A DNA stretch of 64,000 bases from Octopus vulgaris (taxonomy: Eukaryota), in NCBI GenBank assembly GCA_951406725.2, contig OX597822.1, forward strand, positions 81,530,001 to 81,594,000, written 5' to 3'. Below the pieces are notes generated by a model that was not told the origin of the DNA, did not search any database, and saw nothing but the letters and a program-made list of their open reading frames with translations. Position numbers and translations under genes: made by a program. Shown piece by piece: positions 51,505-64,000 of the stretch. Numbering within the stretch: the stretch's first letter is position 1; every line of letters starts with the position of its first letter.

Positions 51505-53834
51505 CTACAGGAAATAAAAAAAAAAACGAAAAAGAAATAATGAATATCTGTCCTCATTGTCTAGCCACAAGTTGAATAGATCCATGATCAAAGAAAAGCA
51601 TTCTAGCAGTAATCAGTCGATCTTTCTTTTTCAGGTATGTTTAGGAACAGATCTGAAAGAAATTTAACTATTATTTTTAGCATGTCAAGCAATTGCATAG
51701 AGGCTTCTTTATTGGTTCATTTAAATACCTGTTGCTGTTTTTTATATAACCCTAGGTCAATCCTGATTGAGCTGTTCAACTAAATGTAATTTATGCATGT
51801 GTATTTATAGTACTATATTACAAATATGCTAATACATGTGTAATTATAGTAGTTATAAAAAGCACCATCCAATTGTGGCTGTTGCCAGCCTCGCCTGGCC
51901 CCCGTGCTGGTGGCACATAAAAAGCACCATCGATCGTGGCCGTTTGCCAGCCTCGTTTGGCACCAGTGCCGGTGGCACATAAAAAGCACCCACTACACTC
52001 ACGGAGTGGTTGGCGTTAGGAAGGGCATCCAGCCGTAGAAACATTGCCAGATCAGACTGGGCCTGGTGCAGCCTTCTGGCTTCCCAGATCCCAGTTGAAA
52101 CGTTCAACCCATGCTAGCATGGAAAGCGGACGCTAAACGATAATGATGATAATGATTATCAGCCTTATCATCACCATTTAACATCTGTTTTCCATGCTGG
52201 TATAGGTTGGAAGGCTTGACAGGAACTGTAAGGTCAGGGGTCACACCAAGCTCTATGTCTGTTTTGGCTTGGTTTCTACAGCTGGATACCTTTCCTAACA
52301 CCAACCACTTAACAGAGCTTTGTACCTGGCATCAGCATCAGTCTAAATTTTCATGATTGATGGACATGAAAATTTATTATAACCAGAATATGGATGGTTA
52401 TGTACAGAGAAGTAAATGGGCCAAAGACCAAAGCCATGAGACTAACTACACTGCAGTCCCTCACCTCACACAAGAGACATGCCAAAATTGAAATGCACCT
52501 TAAACGCTCATCCACTCAAAGATCCAAACACTGCTTTGGTGTAGTGACCCTTAAAGCTATGCTAGCAAAGTATAAGCTCCTGGTAGGACCTCCCATGCTG
52601 GCCAGATTAAAGGACAGAGGCAACACAAAAATGACCAATCTATTCCCAAAAGTAAAAATAGGTTTGCATAAGGCTAAGATTCTTGTCTAGAAAAATACAA
52701 AGTTACAAAAGCATTCAAGACAATTCACAACCAACAAGACCCAAGAGGGGAAGGCCTTAAAAAAACAGCCCAGGATCAAGAACAGTTGAGAAAAGTCGTT
52801 GATGGCCAATGCTCTGTAAGGTGAGAAGGACATAAGTCATATGCTCATGAACTTTTTAAGCCTGAAAATATAAGATATTAAAGGATGATTCAATTGAATA
52901 TTAAACCTTCTATACGAATCTGTAATCTTGCGCTGATGTGAAAAAAATCAAGATGCAATAAGATTGCTACCTAATCTGCCTTGCCCTTTTTTTAAATAGT
53001 AATTTGGAGAAGATTTGACTGTTACATCTTGTAGGTCGAGTGACTGTATGACAAGATTTCTTAGTTGGGTTAATCAATATGGAAAGAATATCTAAAATTT
53101 TTTTTTAATAAAATCACACACACACACACGTGTTTGAGTACATGTCAGAATAAATGTTTACGTGTGTACGCCTGTACTTGCGTGTGCAGGACTATCTTTA
53201 AGAATGACAGACATGAGCTATGGTAAGCAAAGGCTGCTACCTGTAATTTATTTCCAAGTTGTATATATTACGTGAAGCGAGATGCAACGCAGTCCTTTAC
53301 GTTCTTCTTGAAGAGGAATCAACTCTTTCAGTCTTAAAACAAGTTCACGCCCACACGATACGAAAATGAGTTTCCTTTTGCAGTCCCCAAAGATTACGAA
53401 TCATGGAATATTACTATCAAACGACTGAACCAAATTAGAAATTTACATCTGATCTGATTAATCTCCCCTTCTGAAACAACTCAATGACAGTTATTCCCCT
53501 TAGATCTCTTCTGATCTGCGTTTGAACATTGCCTTTTCATTCTTCAGGAGCCGTGAAATTAAATTATCAGCCGAATACCAGAATCATTTTTAATTGATTG
53601 CTTCCTTCACCGAAACTAGTGACCTTCGGCTGTCTTAGAAAACACTACGTCGACTTTAGTCCTAGCCATGGACATACCCGGCATGAAACTGAAAAATATT
53701 CCTCATTTGACTGGTGTTCAAGTCATCTTACACCAACAGACAAGGTTAATCCATAACCACAGCTCCAACAATATAAATTGTTTCTGCCGAAAGCTCATCA
53801 GAAACTGTCTGTGGTTTGTGGTCCAGTGTGTGTA

Positions 53835-53886
<52 letters not shown>

Positions 53887-54197
53887 TAGTACATGAATAT
53901 GTAGGCAGAAGCGTGACTGTGGTAGGAAGTTTGCTTCCCAACCAATAGTTCCAGGTTCAGTTCCACTGTATGGTACCTTGGGCAAATATCTTCCACTATA
54001 ACTCAGGCTGACCAAAGTCAAACTTGTTTGGAAGCCACTAGGCAGATATCCACTGCAACTGGCAGCAGAACAGGAGAATCTCCAGTTGTGAACCAAGTGA
54101 GTGGTAGCACTGCTGAGATAAGGACCACATCAAGGGAGATCTCATTGATAACTTTTTGCCCACAACTCTATTGGGAGCAGAATTCAAGATAGCTTAC

Positions 54198-54530
54198 CTT
54201 TCTGCTGGTAGAATAACATTACCACAAATACGACATCTACAGCTGTTTGTTCCCTTGGAAAGAGAAGCCACCAGATGGGAAGACAGTTGGTTGGAGGTGC
54301 TGGGAGGTGCTGGAGACATCAGCAGGTTGGGTAAAGATGTCTGTAGGGTACACTGCAACTCTCCATGGCGGGAACAGCGAAGACCTCGACAAGAAGCAGG
54401 ATGGAACTGAACTTCTGGAATGCCCAGCTTCCAAGTCCATTCTCGGCCGCGTCCTTGTCCAGTGGTGATGCTGACTGACCCAGAATCTACCTGGACTCTA
54501 ATGTTGCTGTAACCTGTTTCATTTTGGATC
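54198..54530 (-). CDS. UBE3D: UBE3D exon 2
   Basis: IQNETGY...SCRGL...CRCRICGNVIL; CAG acceptor, GTAAGC donor; phases 2/2. Confidence 0.9.
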
Positions 54531-56320
54531 CTGTAGAAAAATATAAAAGTAATCATCATTATCATAAGTTATTGTATTAAGGCAGAGAGAAATAACAGAA
54601 GTAAAAGCACAACAGACCAAGTGAAAATTGATTTTGAATCCCATCAGAATTGGTTTGGATTTTATATTCCCCTCTTCCTTGGGTTGATAAAAATCAACAG
54701 CAGTGGTATAGTGAGGGGGGTGGTAGAGGATTTAATCAAATGAGTCAAACAAATATCCATTTACATAAAATTTGGTTTTGAGCTTTGCCAGAAAAATAAA
54801 TATATCTATAATATTTCACATGTCATGACATGTTTGAGTATTTTGCCTTTAAAAACCCATAGACCATTCAAGCTTGGTCGATGCCAGTGCTGCCTGACTG
54901 GCTCCCATGCTAGTGGTATGTAAAAAGCACCATTCTAACGTGGTCAATGCCAGTGCTGCATGACAAGCCCCATGCCGGTGGAATGTAAATGGCATCCACT
55001 ACACTCTAAGAGTGGTTGACGTTAGGAAGGGCATCCAGTTGTAGAAACCTTGCCAAACCTCAGTCAGACCGTCCAACCCATGCCAGCATGGAAAGTGGAT
55101 GTTAAATGATGATGATGACTACAGAATGATACTGAAGGTAGGTGTAATTGAGAGTATTTAACAATATCTATGAGATTTATAGCTGCAACCAAATTAATGG
55201 ACAGATTTGAAAATCAACAACACCCTCTTCAATTCAATGCTCATGTTGGCAAGGGTTAAACAGTCTGAGAGGATTTGATGACCCCAAAGACTGCATTGTG
55301 CTTCAGTGCCTACCTTCATACAGTTTCTATGGTTGGATGCCCTTCTTGATGTCAACCACGTACAGAGTGTACTGGGTGCTTTTTCTTGAGACCAGCACTG
55401 TTGAGGACTTTATGCAGTTTGCAAGACTACAAACTTGGATGGAAAGGGGCAACTTTATATTAACAGATGAGGGGCAAAAGATGAGTAAAAGAATGAGAGA
55501 AGAGGCCAATGCAGAACATTTCTCTATAATGGTTTAATGCCTGATAAATAATATTGGTTTCTGAGAGAGAGACAATACCACAAATTTAGTGGGATTTGAA
55601 CACAAAATGCAACTGAATACCACAAAGAATTTTGTCTGATGCAGTCCTGATTCTTCCAAGCCACTGCACTTGCCTAATCACTTCCATTGATTTATTCTAG
55701 TGGTATGGAGACTATGAACTTGTATAGAACAAATAAAGTCAAACCTATCCAATATATTACTAGTACTTATAAACCCTTGAGGAGATGACAGATAGGGTTG
55801 TTGTCAGCAAGGAAGTAAAAGAATGAAATTAAATACCATAATGAATAATCAATGGCAACATTAATATTAATACCAAAAGCAATCTTGATCTTCACCTTAA
55901 CATGATACATAAAAGCTCATGGAATTATATCACAGTTGGAGATCAAGGTTACTTTTTAGTCTTAATACTTTCTCTGTAGTCATTAATTATTCATTACTGA
56001 GCCCACTGGCAATTTGCAACACCAGTGGCTGAAAAATCATCATTTCAAATGTCAGTTGTGAGAGGCATAAGTTTGATGATTTGACCGGATATGGTATGGC
56101 CAGGGACTGCACCGGGCTTCATTATCTGTTTTGGCATGGTTGCTACAGCTGGACATTATCACAAGTGTTTTTTATGGGGCACAAGTACCAGTATCAATTC
56201 TGCTGTGGTGGATGGGTCTTCTTGAGTACAGCAAGTTGCCAGATATGTATAAAAGAATATTGAGATGTGTTGGAATCCATCTGATAAGTCTGAAGTGTGT
56301 TTACTTCCTAATCCTTTGAC

Positions 56321-56568
56321 CAGTGGTTCTCATCCACATCAGATTTTGTAGTTAAAATTTATGTGCAATAAATTGGCTATATGTCTACAATATACAATTC
56401 CTGATAATATCTGATTATAAAAATAAGATTTTTGTGGTAAGAAGCTTGCTTCCCAACCAAATGGTTCTAGGTTCAGTCCTACAGTGTGATACCTTGGACA
56501 AGTATTTTGTCAGCCTCTGGTTGACCAAAGCCTTGTGAATGGATTTGGTAGACGGAAACGGAAAGAAG

Positions 56569-56610
<42 letters not shown>

Positions 56611-56870
56611 TGTGTGCATCTTTGGTGTCTGTGTTTGTCTCCGACCACCGCTTGACAACCGGTGTTGGTGTGTAGAATAAGTACCAGGCTTAAAAAATTA
56701 AGTCCTGGGGTCGATTTTTTTCCACCAAAACCCTTCAAGGCGGTGCCACAGAATGGCCGCATTCAAATGACTCAAGCAAGTAAAAGATGAAAGACTGAAC
56801 GGATATGAGGGTCCAGTAGAGTAAAATAGATATCAGAGGTTCATAAGCAAAAAATGGTTGAGAACCATTC
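56321..56870. mobile_element. hAT-like MITE interrupted by a family A SINE
   Basis: CAGTGGTTCTCA ... TGAGAACCATT termini. Confidence 0.55.
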
Positions 56871-57654
56871 TTTGACTCAGTGGATGGAAATCAAGTAAAA
56901 AAATTACTAGCGCACTACACATTGTAAATACTTTAAAAACAGTTTTAAAGTTACCAAAAAACCCTGCCAGACAATATAAGTAACACATTTTCATAAGGCT
57001 CGTGTAGTGTGGATTTTGAAAAACCTTAAATTAGTTTTTAAAATCCGCGGCGCACCGCATTGTTACGGAACGATTTGGTTTAGAGACTAAATCAAAAGCC
57101 CGCGGGTTTTAAGCCAGAACGAAGAGAACTAAAATTCTTTGAAGGGATATTTAGTCCAAAGCTCAGCTACTCCTGCCAATAATAGTAATTCTGATGATAA
57201 AAATACTATTTAATTTTCACAAACTTACTCAAAATTAATCATGCTGCCAGACACAGTATAAAGTCATATAAACCTCACATCGTGTTCTGATTACACTATA
57301 TAGTTAGAAGAAAACTATTTATACTAAAGATTTCGACACTAATTCGGTTTTACCGGATATTTCCATGTATTTATATCAATTTACTTACTATATGCATTTT
57401 TATGTAATTCTTTATTAATTGAAACATACATAAATAAAAGAAAGGTCTTAACTGAATTATAAATATTGTGAGTGGAATGTTATTTTTATTTTTAAGACAC
57501 TCGTGATAATTAATAAATCTATTATTATTTTCATCACAATGATTATTTATACAATAAAAACAAAATTAGTTGTTCTACGGTGTGCGATAAAAATTGGAGA
57601 AATATATCTATGTACCTTGAGTTAACGATGGAGAATAATGAAAATCATATAAAC

Positions 57655-57779
57655 CTGTCGACATTAAGATACAGCGTGAACCTTCCTAGATTCTTCAATC
57701 TTTCGGCATACAACATTGACCATGTCTTCTTGTGGTGGTAACCCGATACATTTCGACTGTCTTCCAAACATGCTGACAT
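57655..57779 (-). CDS. UBE3D: UBE3D exon 1 (ATG at 57779; alternative in-frame ATG at 57818). Spliced CDS 440 or 453 aa
   Basis: MSACLEDS...LYAERLKNLGRFTLYLNVD; AG|GTTTAT donor in phase 2 fits exon 2; exon lengths sum to 1323 nt, a multiple of 3. Confidence 0.78.
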
Positions 57780-57959
57780 CGCTGCAAAAGACGAACTACT
57801 TAGAGCGCCATTTACCATTGTGTTTAATGCCACACTGGAGGCCGCTTACGGACTTTCACATAAATTATATTTGTTGTTTAACTCCACGTGATCTCAGGTT
57901 GTTTTGGCTGTTATTTGTCGCAGGTCGAGTAATCGCGATGCGGCTTTAATTGATGGCAC

Positions 57960-59408
57960 GTACATTCGTTTGGCTCGGTGGTTCGCAATATGGATCCCTT
58001 GGGACTCCACATAAGATTTTATTGATAAAATTTATGTGCAATAAATTGCTTTATACTTCTACAATGCTTAAAATACTAACGTGCAAAATATTTTAACAAT
58101 ATTTTTATATAATTCCTTATAATATTTAATAATAAAAATATAATAGAATTAGTTTTTAAACATCGGATAGTTATGGGAGTAAAAAAGGAATCAAATTGGG
58201 GTCTATAAATTTTAAATAATGGTTATAGTGTAAATAAACACACCCGCATTCATATGCATGTATGTATGTGTAATTTTTATTCGTTACAAGGGAAACAAGT
58301 TGACAATATTACAAAATACTTTATAGACAAAATGTAATTAAACAAAGAGGCCGCATTGTTATCAGAATTAAAATTATACGCGCAAAGTTGTAATACATTA
58401 AGATTCGCGTTTCAATGTTTGTGAAATGCGCGTGTTGTTCTTCTTCTTTAACCCCAGGTCAGCCGTGAGAGCGCGAACCTAGAAAAAGTAGACAGAAGCA
58501 TCTAGTTGTTTGGTCACACATAATAAATCAAGGGATAACTTTATTCAGTATAACCTTCTACTTTAAGCCATTAATGAGTACTTAAGGAAACTGGAGCTAT
58601 TTCTAACGAAAATATGGAGGATTTCCTATTTAGCTTCTGTATGTGCGTGTATTAGAACAATGAACAAATGTGTTACTACTGCGAGCAGACGGCTAGCTAA
58701 CAAAAGGGATCTCCAAATGGTCGCTTAAACTTGTAGAAAGAGCAGCCAAATTTCTCTAAACTACAGCCAACAGTTTTCAAAAAAGAATACATTAAAATAA
58801 TAAATGTAGTCTATACTTTTCCAAACAATAAAAGCAGGGTGATCACAGCTTTATGAACAAGTCCCATTGATAAAAGTACTTTAAGTACTGCTATTGATTT
58901 ATGATGCACCCAACATGTGTATGTCGGGTGAACTATATATAGTCACAGTGAGTAAGTTTGTGGAATTAGTAATGAGTTCAAACCATGTCGGGTTCGACTC
59001 CGTTTCTACCTCTCTCTGGGAGCGTTAAACATCAACAAAGTTACATTATGTTGGAGCTGGATTTTTTAGAAAAAGCAACCAACTCTTCATGCTGTCTAAA
59101 ATACAAACGTACATTCGCTTAGCTCGGTGGTTCGCAATATGGATCCCTTGGAGCTCCACATAAGATTTTATTGATAAAATTTATGTGCAATAAATTGCTT
59201 TATACTTCTACAATACATAAAATACTAACGTGCAAAATATTTTAACAATATTTTTATACAATTCCTTATATTATTTAATAATAAAAATATAATATAATTT
59301 TTTAAGCATCGAATAGTTATGTGAGTTAAAAAGGAATCAAATTGTGGTCTATAAATTTTAAATAATGGTTATAGTGTAAATAAACACACCGGCATTCATA
59401 TGCATGTA
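57960..59408 (+). repeat. ~300-bp direct duplication (57960-58262 / 59109-59408)
   Basis: TACATTCG.TT.GCTCGGTGGTTCGCAATATGGATCC...CATTCATATGCATGTA occurs twice, ~1150 bp apart. Confidence 0.9.
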
Positions 59409-59785
59409 AACAAGAGCACTCAGAGAGTGCAAACCTCCGCCAAGGCAACACCAACGTTCTCTCAACGATTAGCCAGAGATGATTTTTAAAATGAGAATAT
59501 CTGAACTAAACTTGACTGCTCTCACAAACGAGAATACTAAAAATGAACCCGACCACTCTCAAAAATTAAGTTTAAAAAACCGGAAAAATAATCCAGAATC
59601 CTTGTCCGGTACCGGGTCGATCCCCAAATCTAATCAGTTCATACCAGTCACGAGCTCATACATTCCTGAAAGTTTCATCCGAATCCATCCAGCGGTCCTT
59701 GAGATATCTTGTTCACGGACCAACAAACAAACAAACAAACACGACTGAAAACAATACCTCCAACTTCGCTAAAGCGGAGGTAACA
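59409..59785 (+). mobile_element. Helentron-associated (HINE-like) element; partial copy at 47078-47250
   Basis: AACAAGAGCACTCAGAGAGTGCAAACCTCCGCC start and ATACCTCC...GCGGAGGTAA terminal hairpin. Confidence 0.6.
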
Positions 59786-62218
59786 AATAAATAAATAAAA
59801 AATCACGGTTTGAACGTCTTTGATGAGAAGGTCAACTTGACGTAGATTGACATCAGCAAGAACTACAAAATTGATCAATTACAAAGTGGAACTAGCGAAT
59901 AAAGATTTTTTTACAAATTGTTTTTTAATCAGCGATTGAGTATAACGATATTCAAATATGAAACAATATAAAATATATCTTATTGAAATATATACAGGCG
60001 TGGCTGTGTGGTAAGCAGCTTGCTTTTCAACCACATGGTTCAGGGTGACACCTTGGACCTTCGACTATAGCCACGAGCTGACCAAAGCCTTGTGAGTGGA
60101 TCTGGTAGACGGAAACTGAAAGAAGTCTATCGTATATATATATGTGTGTGTTTGTCTCTATCACCGCTTGACAACCGATGTTGGTGTGTTTATGTCCCCA
60201 TAACTTAGTGGCTCGGCAAAAGAACCGATAGAATAAATACTAAGTTTACAAAGAATAAGTCCTGGGGTTGATTTCTTCGATTAAAACCCTTTAAGGCAGT
60301 GCTCCAGCATAGCCACAGTCAAATTACTGAAACATGTAAAAAAATAATAAAATAATAAATCTGTGATTATAAATTGAAATCGCATTGCTCAAGCGGGTTT
60401 TCCAAGGCGGGGCGGAGTACTAAGCGGTCGCTGGAACTGCTAGAAATAGAAGCTATATCTCTCAAACACACCATAACCATCTTAAAAGGACACATTGCAA
60501 AATGTGGTCCTATACAGATAAAAAACAGAAGACAATATTATAATCTACCCAACCGGGACCGAATTTACAACTGCAATATAAGGCAGCGTAAAAGTTCCCA
60601 GCAAACTAAGTGCGAGTGACACTCCGGTCTCGTTCACATTATCCGGTTGTAACTCAGTTGAACCGCTAATGTCCTGGTGTAAATCAGAAACTGTTCTTCG
60701 TACAATCTCATTTCTCGTAACTTTCTTACATAGAAAAAGCTTTCATCTTTTCTAAGAAAGACTACAAAACTATTTGCTGATCGTTATTTAAATTGTCTTC
60801 ACAAGTTCCATTGAGGTATAAATCTGAAGGTGCGCCGCTTACATCAAATATCAACTAACTGTAAACAGCTGAAAGTTTTTATTTATATTTATGAACTTTC
60901 AAACTAGTGACGCACTGAACTTGTCCCGTTTTCAGGAATACACTACTTCACTTGACTTTAAAGGATTTTAACCTGGATTTTCAATGGCAAATTTCCAGGA
61001 AGCATTTGGGGTGAGCCTTATATCTTTTATCCATTTGTCATACCGAGTAAGTTTATTATACTGAGTTCAAATCCCGCCGGGGTCGACTCTGTTTTTTTTT
61101 TTTTTTTTTTTTTTCAGAGAGCGATGTAGTAAGTAACATTCGAGAACTCAATGTAATCTAATTAACGGCACCACCTCCAATATTTGTTGTTTTATATCTA
61201 TCGTATATAACTTTTACAAGAAGCGGGATGACAGTGAGTTCGAAGTATCGACCTGATAACCTTCGTTGGACAGAGACCGAAACTTCCAAGTCCCTGTCAC
61301 CCCTCTTGTAAAACATGTTCCATACAAATTCTTCAGTTTAATGTTAAGCTGTTTTTATTAAAACTTAACATGAAAGTACACACACGCGCGTATACACACA
61401 CATACATACATGCATGCATACATACTATATATATAGTAATCGGTAACGGTCTCAAAATGACTCAAGGCCTGAGAGTTTCGTGTATGATAGATACTATCGG
61501 CCTTTCAGCAACTTTGTAATTTCTGACGAATATATATATATATATATATATGATTGTACTACAAAACGAAGACACAGACAGACAGATAAATATCTTGTTT
61601 TTGCTCTGATAATAATGGTTTCATATCTTATACACAAGGCCAGCAATTACGGGGAGGGGTAAAGTATATTAAATCGATCTCGGTATATTACTGGTATTAT
61701 ATTTTATCACTTTTACATTTATTGTAATTCTGCGCGCCCGCGTGTGTGTGTGTGTGTGTGTGCGTGTGTGTGATTGTATTGTTCTCGCAATGTTTGAATA
61801 TCTCTGGTATTCTGCATGTAAATAAATACTTGCAAGAAATAGAAGGCTTGAACGCCACAGATTCTGTTTTTAAGTGGAAGAGTTTGTAACTAATTCGGAG
61901 ACTGATTGCATTTTTATATCACAAAATGTAAAAGAAAAACGAAATCATGTTTTGACAGTACCCACAGGTTGTTTGTCCTGTTATGTAAAACTGTGCGTAC
62001 ATTATACTTATAGACAAACAAACAAATTTATTCACAGTTTATCATTTTGGGAGTAATAGCAACCATATTTCCTTTGAAATTGCTGCGTAACGTTTTAAAT
62101 CTGGAAAGACATAATGAATTATGTAGTTCAACATAATTTTTGATGAAGTGGTCGTGGATGGATTCCTTTTGACCATAAAACACTGCCCTCTCATTCTATG
62201 GAATATGGACTAAGCAAT

Positions 62219-62268
<50 letters not shown>

Positions 62269-62480
62269 TACATACTTACATTATACTTACATCATACATA
62301 CATGCACATATACATACACGCATGCATACATACAAATACATACGTACACACAAGCACGCGCTCGCACACACGCACACAATTATGCGTTTGGGTTTACAAA
62401 CGAGGTAAAGACTTTGTAGTGATCAAGGAAGACTCGCGAGAGAAACATACATACATACATACATACATACATACATACAT

Positions 62481-62540
<60 letters not shown>

Positions 62541-63589
62541 ACATACATACATACATACATACATACATACATACATACATACATACATACATACATACGT
62601 ACACACATACATACAAGTGTAGTATGTCGGTAGATAGATAGATAGATAGATATGTTTCTTTATTAGCCACACAGAGCTGAACACAGAGGGGACAAATTAC
62701 AAAGTAGAGCTTTTCTTTTGGGGGAGGAAAAAAAAAAGAAAAGAAAAAAGGTGGCGAGGTAGGTATTCGGTCAAAAGGGACCGTGAAAAAAAAAGAAAAA
62801 AACGATCAATAGGGATCGTGTATCATAGATAGATAGATAGAGGTGTTTTCTCGGTTTATTCTTTTTAGTACGGGAAAGTTGTGTTTGGCTGGACATTCCA
62901 TTTGTTATAGAGTATGTGAAATGTTTTTTTTTTTTTTTTATCTTTACTTCGTAATCTTCTTTTTGCCTTGGATTGCAACCACTTGCTTAACCTCATTTAT
63001 ATATTTATGTGCGTGTGTATGAAAGAGGATCTGAGAGAGAGAGAGACAGTTTTTTTCTCTCGCAACTGTATTACCTCTCTTTATACAAACACATTTCGAA
63101 TACGTCTTTTCATTGCCATTGCAAGCATACTGACGTTCTCATTCACACGGATATATATTATACATGAACACGGATCTTTGCGCATAACACCTATGGTTTC
63201 GCAACCGGAAAATTAATTACACACAATCTTGCACGTGTATGTAACATGTACATCCACTTGTAAATAAATGTACAACGCTCGTCGTTTCAACTGTAATGCC
63301 TGTATGTGTTTGCATCTCTTAACTTTTGGCTTTCACTTGTTTTAATTGTTGGACTGTGACTCTGCTGCAGGCACCGCTTTGATGGGGTTTTAGGCGAGCA
63401 AGTTGACCCCTGTATTTCTTATCCTTTTATAAACCTGGTTCATATTGTATCGTTCACTTTATGCCGACCCGCTAAGTTACGGGGACGTAAACAGACCAAC
63501 ACCGGTTGTCAAGCTGTTGGAGAACGCATATATACATGTATGTATGTACGTATGCATGTATGCCTGCATGTGTGTATGTATATATATAT

Positions 63590-64000
63590 ACTAGCAGCAT
63601 AGCCCGGCGTTGCCCGGGTATGTAAGAAACTTTGTCGATAAGCAATGCCCTTTACCTTTTTACCCTTTTTTGTACTCATTGAACCGTTATTTGTAAAATG
63701 AAGCCTAAAAGGCATTCAAGGCACCGTTCCCTTGCATGCATGAAGAAAATCTGACAGTCAAAGTGCATTTTCTGGGTTTTGTTTAGCACACCCAACCCAG
63801 TTCTCCGGGATCAGTGTCACGACGGGAACGCATGGGTTGGGAGTTTGACAGACAGAGGTGATAAGGTTGCACATGCCGGCCCTTTTGACACCGCCCCCCA
63901 CCCCGAACCCAAGTTGGGTTCGGACCAAGGCTAAGCCCTATCTAATCCTAACTTAAGTCTAGCGAAAGGGGGCTCGGGAGCCTCTAGTAGGCAACGACTA
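63590..64000 (+). mobile_element. Helitron/Helentron-type element 5' part; right boundary not determined
   Basis: ACTAGCAGCATAGCCCGGCGTTGCCCGGG start, similar to 4737. Confidence 0.5.

Noticed and set aside
60547-60745. ~60-codon minus-strand open frame upstream of UBE3D
   Set aside because: No start codon or splice support and no recognisable motif.

Overview
Repeat-rich eukaryotic DNA. The SINE families and microsatellite load look like an octopus (coleoid cephalopod) genome; this is an inference. Two protein-coding genes are supported, both on the minus strand. (1) A single-coding-exon B-box/coiled-coil/NHL-like TRIM-type gene with no RING (16734-18401). (2) An 8-exon UBE3D orthologue (38886-57779/57818), reconstructed by hand with GT-AG sites and matching phases; three of its exons are absent from the ORF track in the correct frame. 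The rest is tRNA-derived SINEs, RTE and L1/Tx1 LINE fragments, Tc1/mariner (DD37D), pogo, piggyBac, hAT and Helitron/Helentron-type non-autonomous elements, and microsatellites. The most notable non-coding signals are a set of hammerhead-ribozyme motifs in Penelope-like elements (one family places a tRNA-like Pol III promoter just upstream of the hammerhead; one is a 505-bp retrozyme-like unit), several long near-perfect palindromes in and after UBE3D, an ORF1-only Tx1-like element inserted into a SINE head, and a structured A/B tandem array in an RTE 3' UTR. All calls come from reading the sequence; no searches were run.
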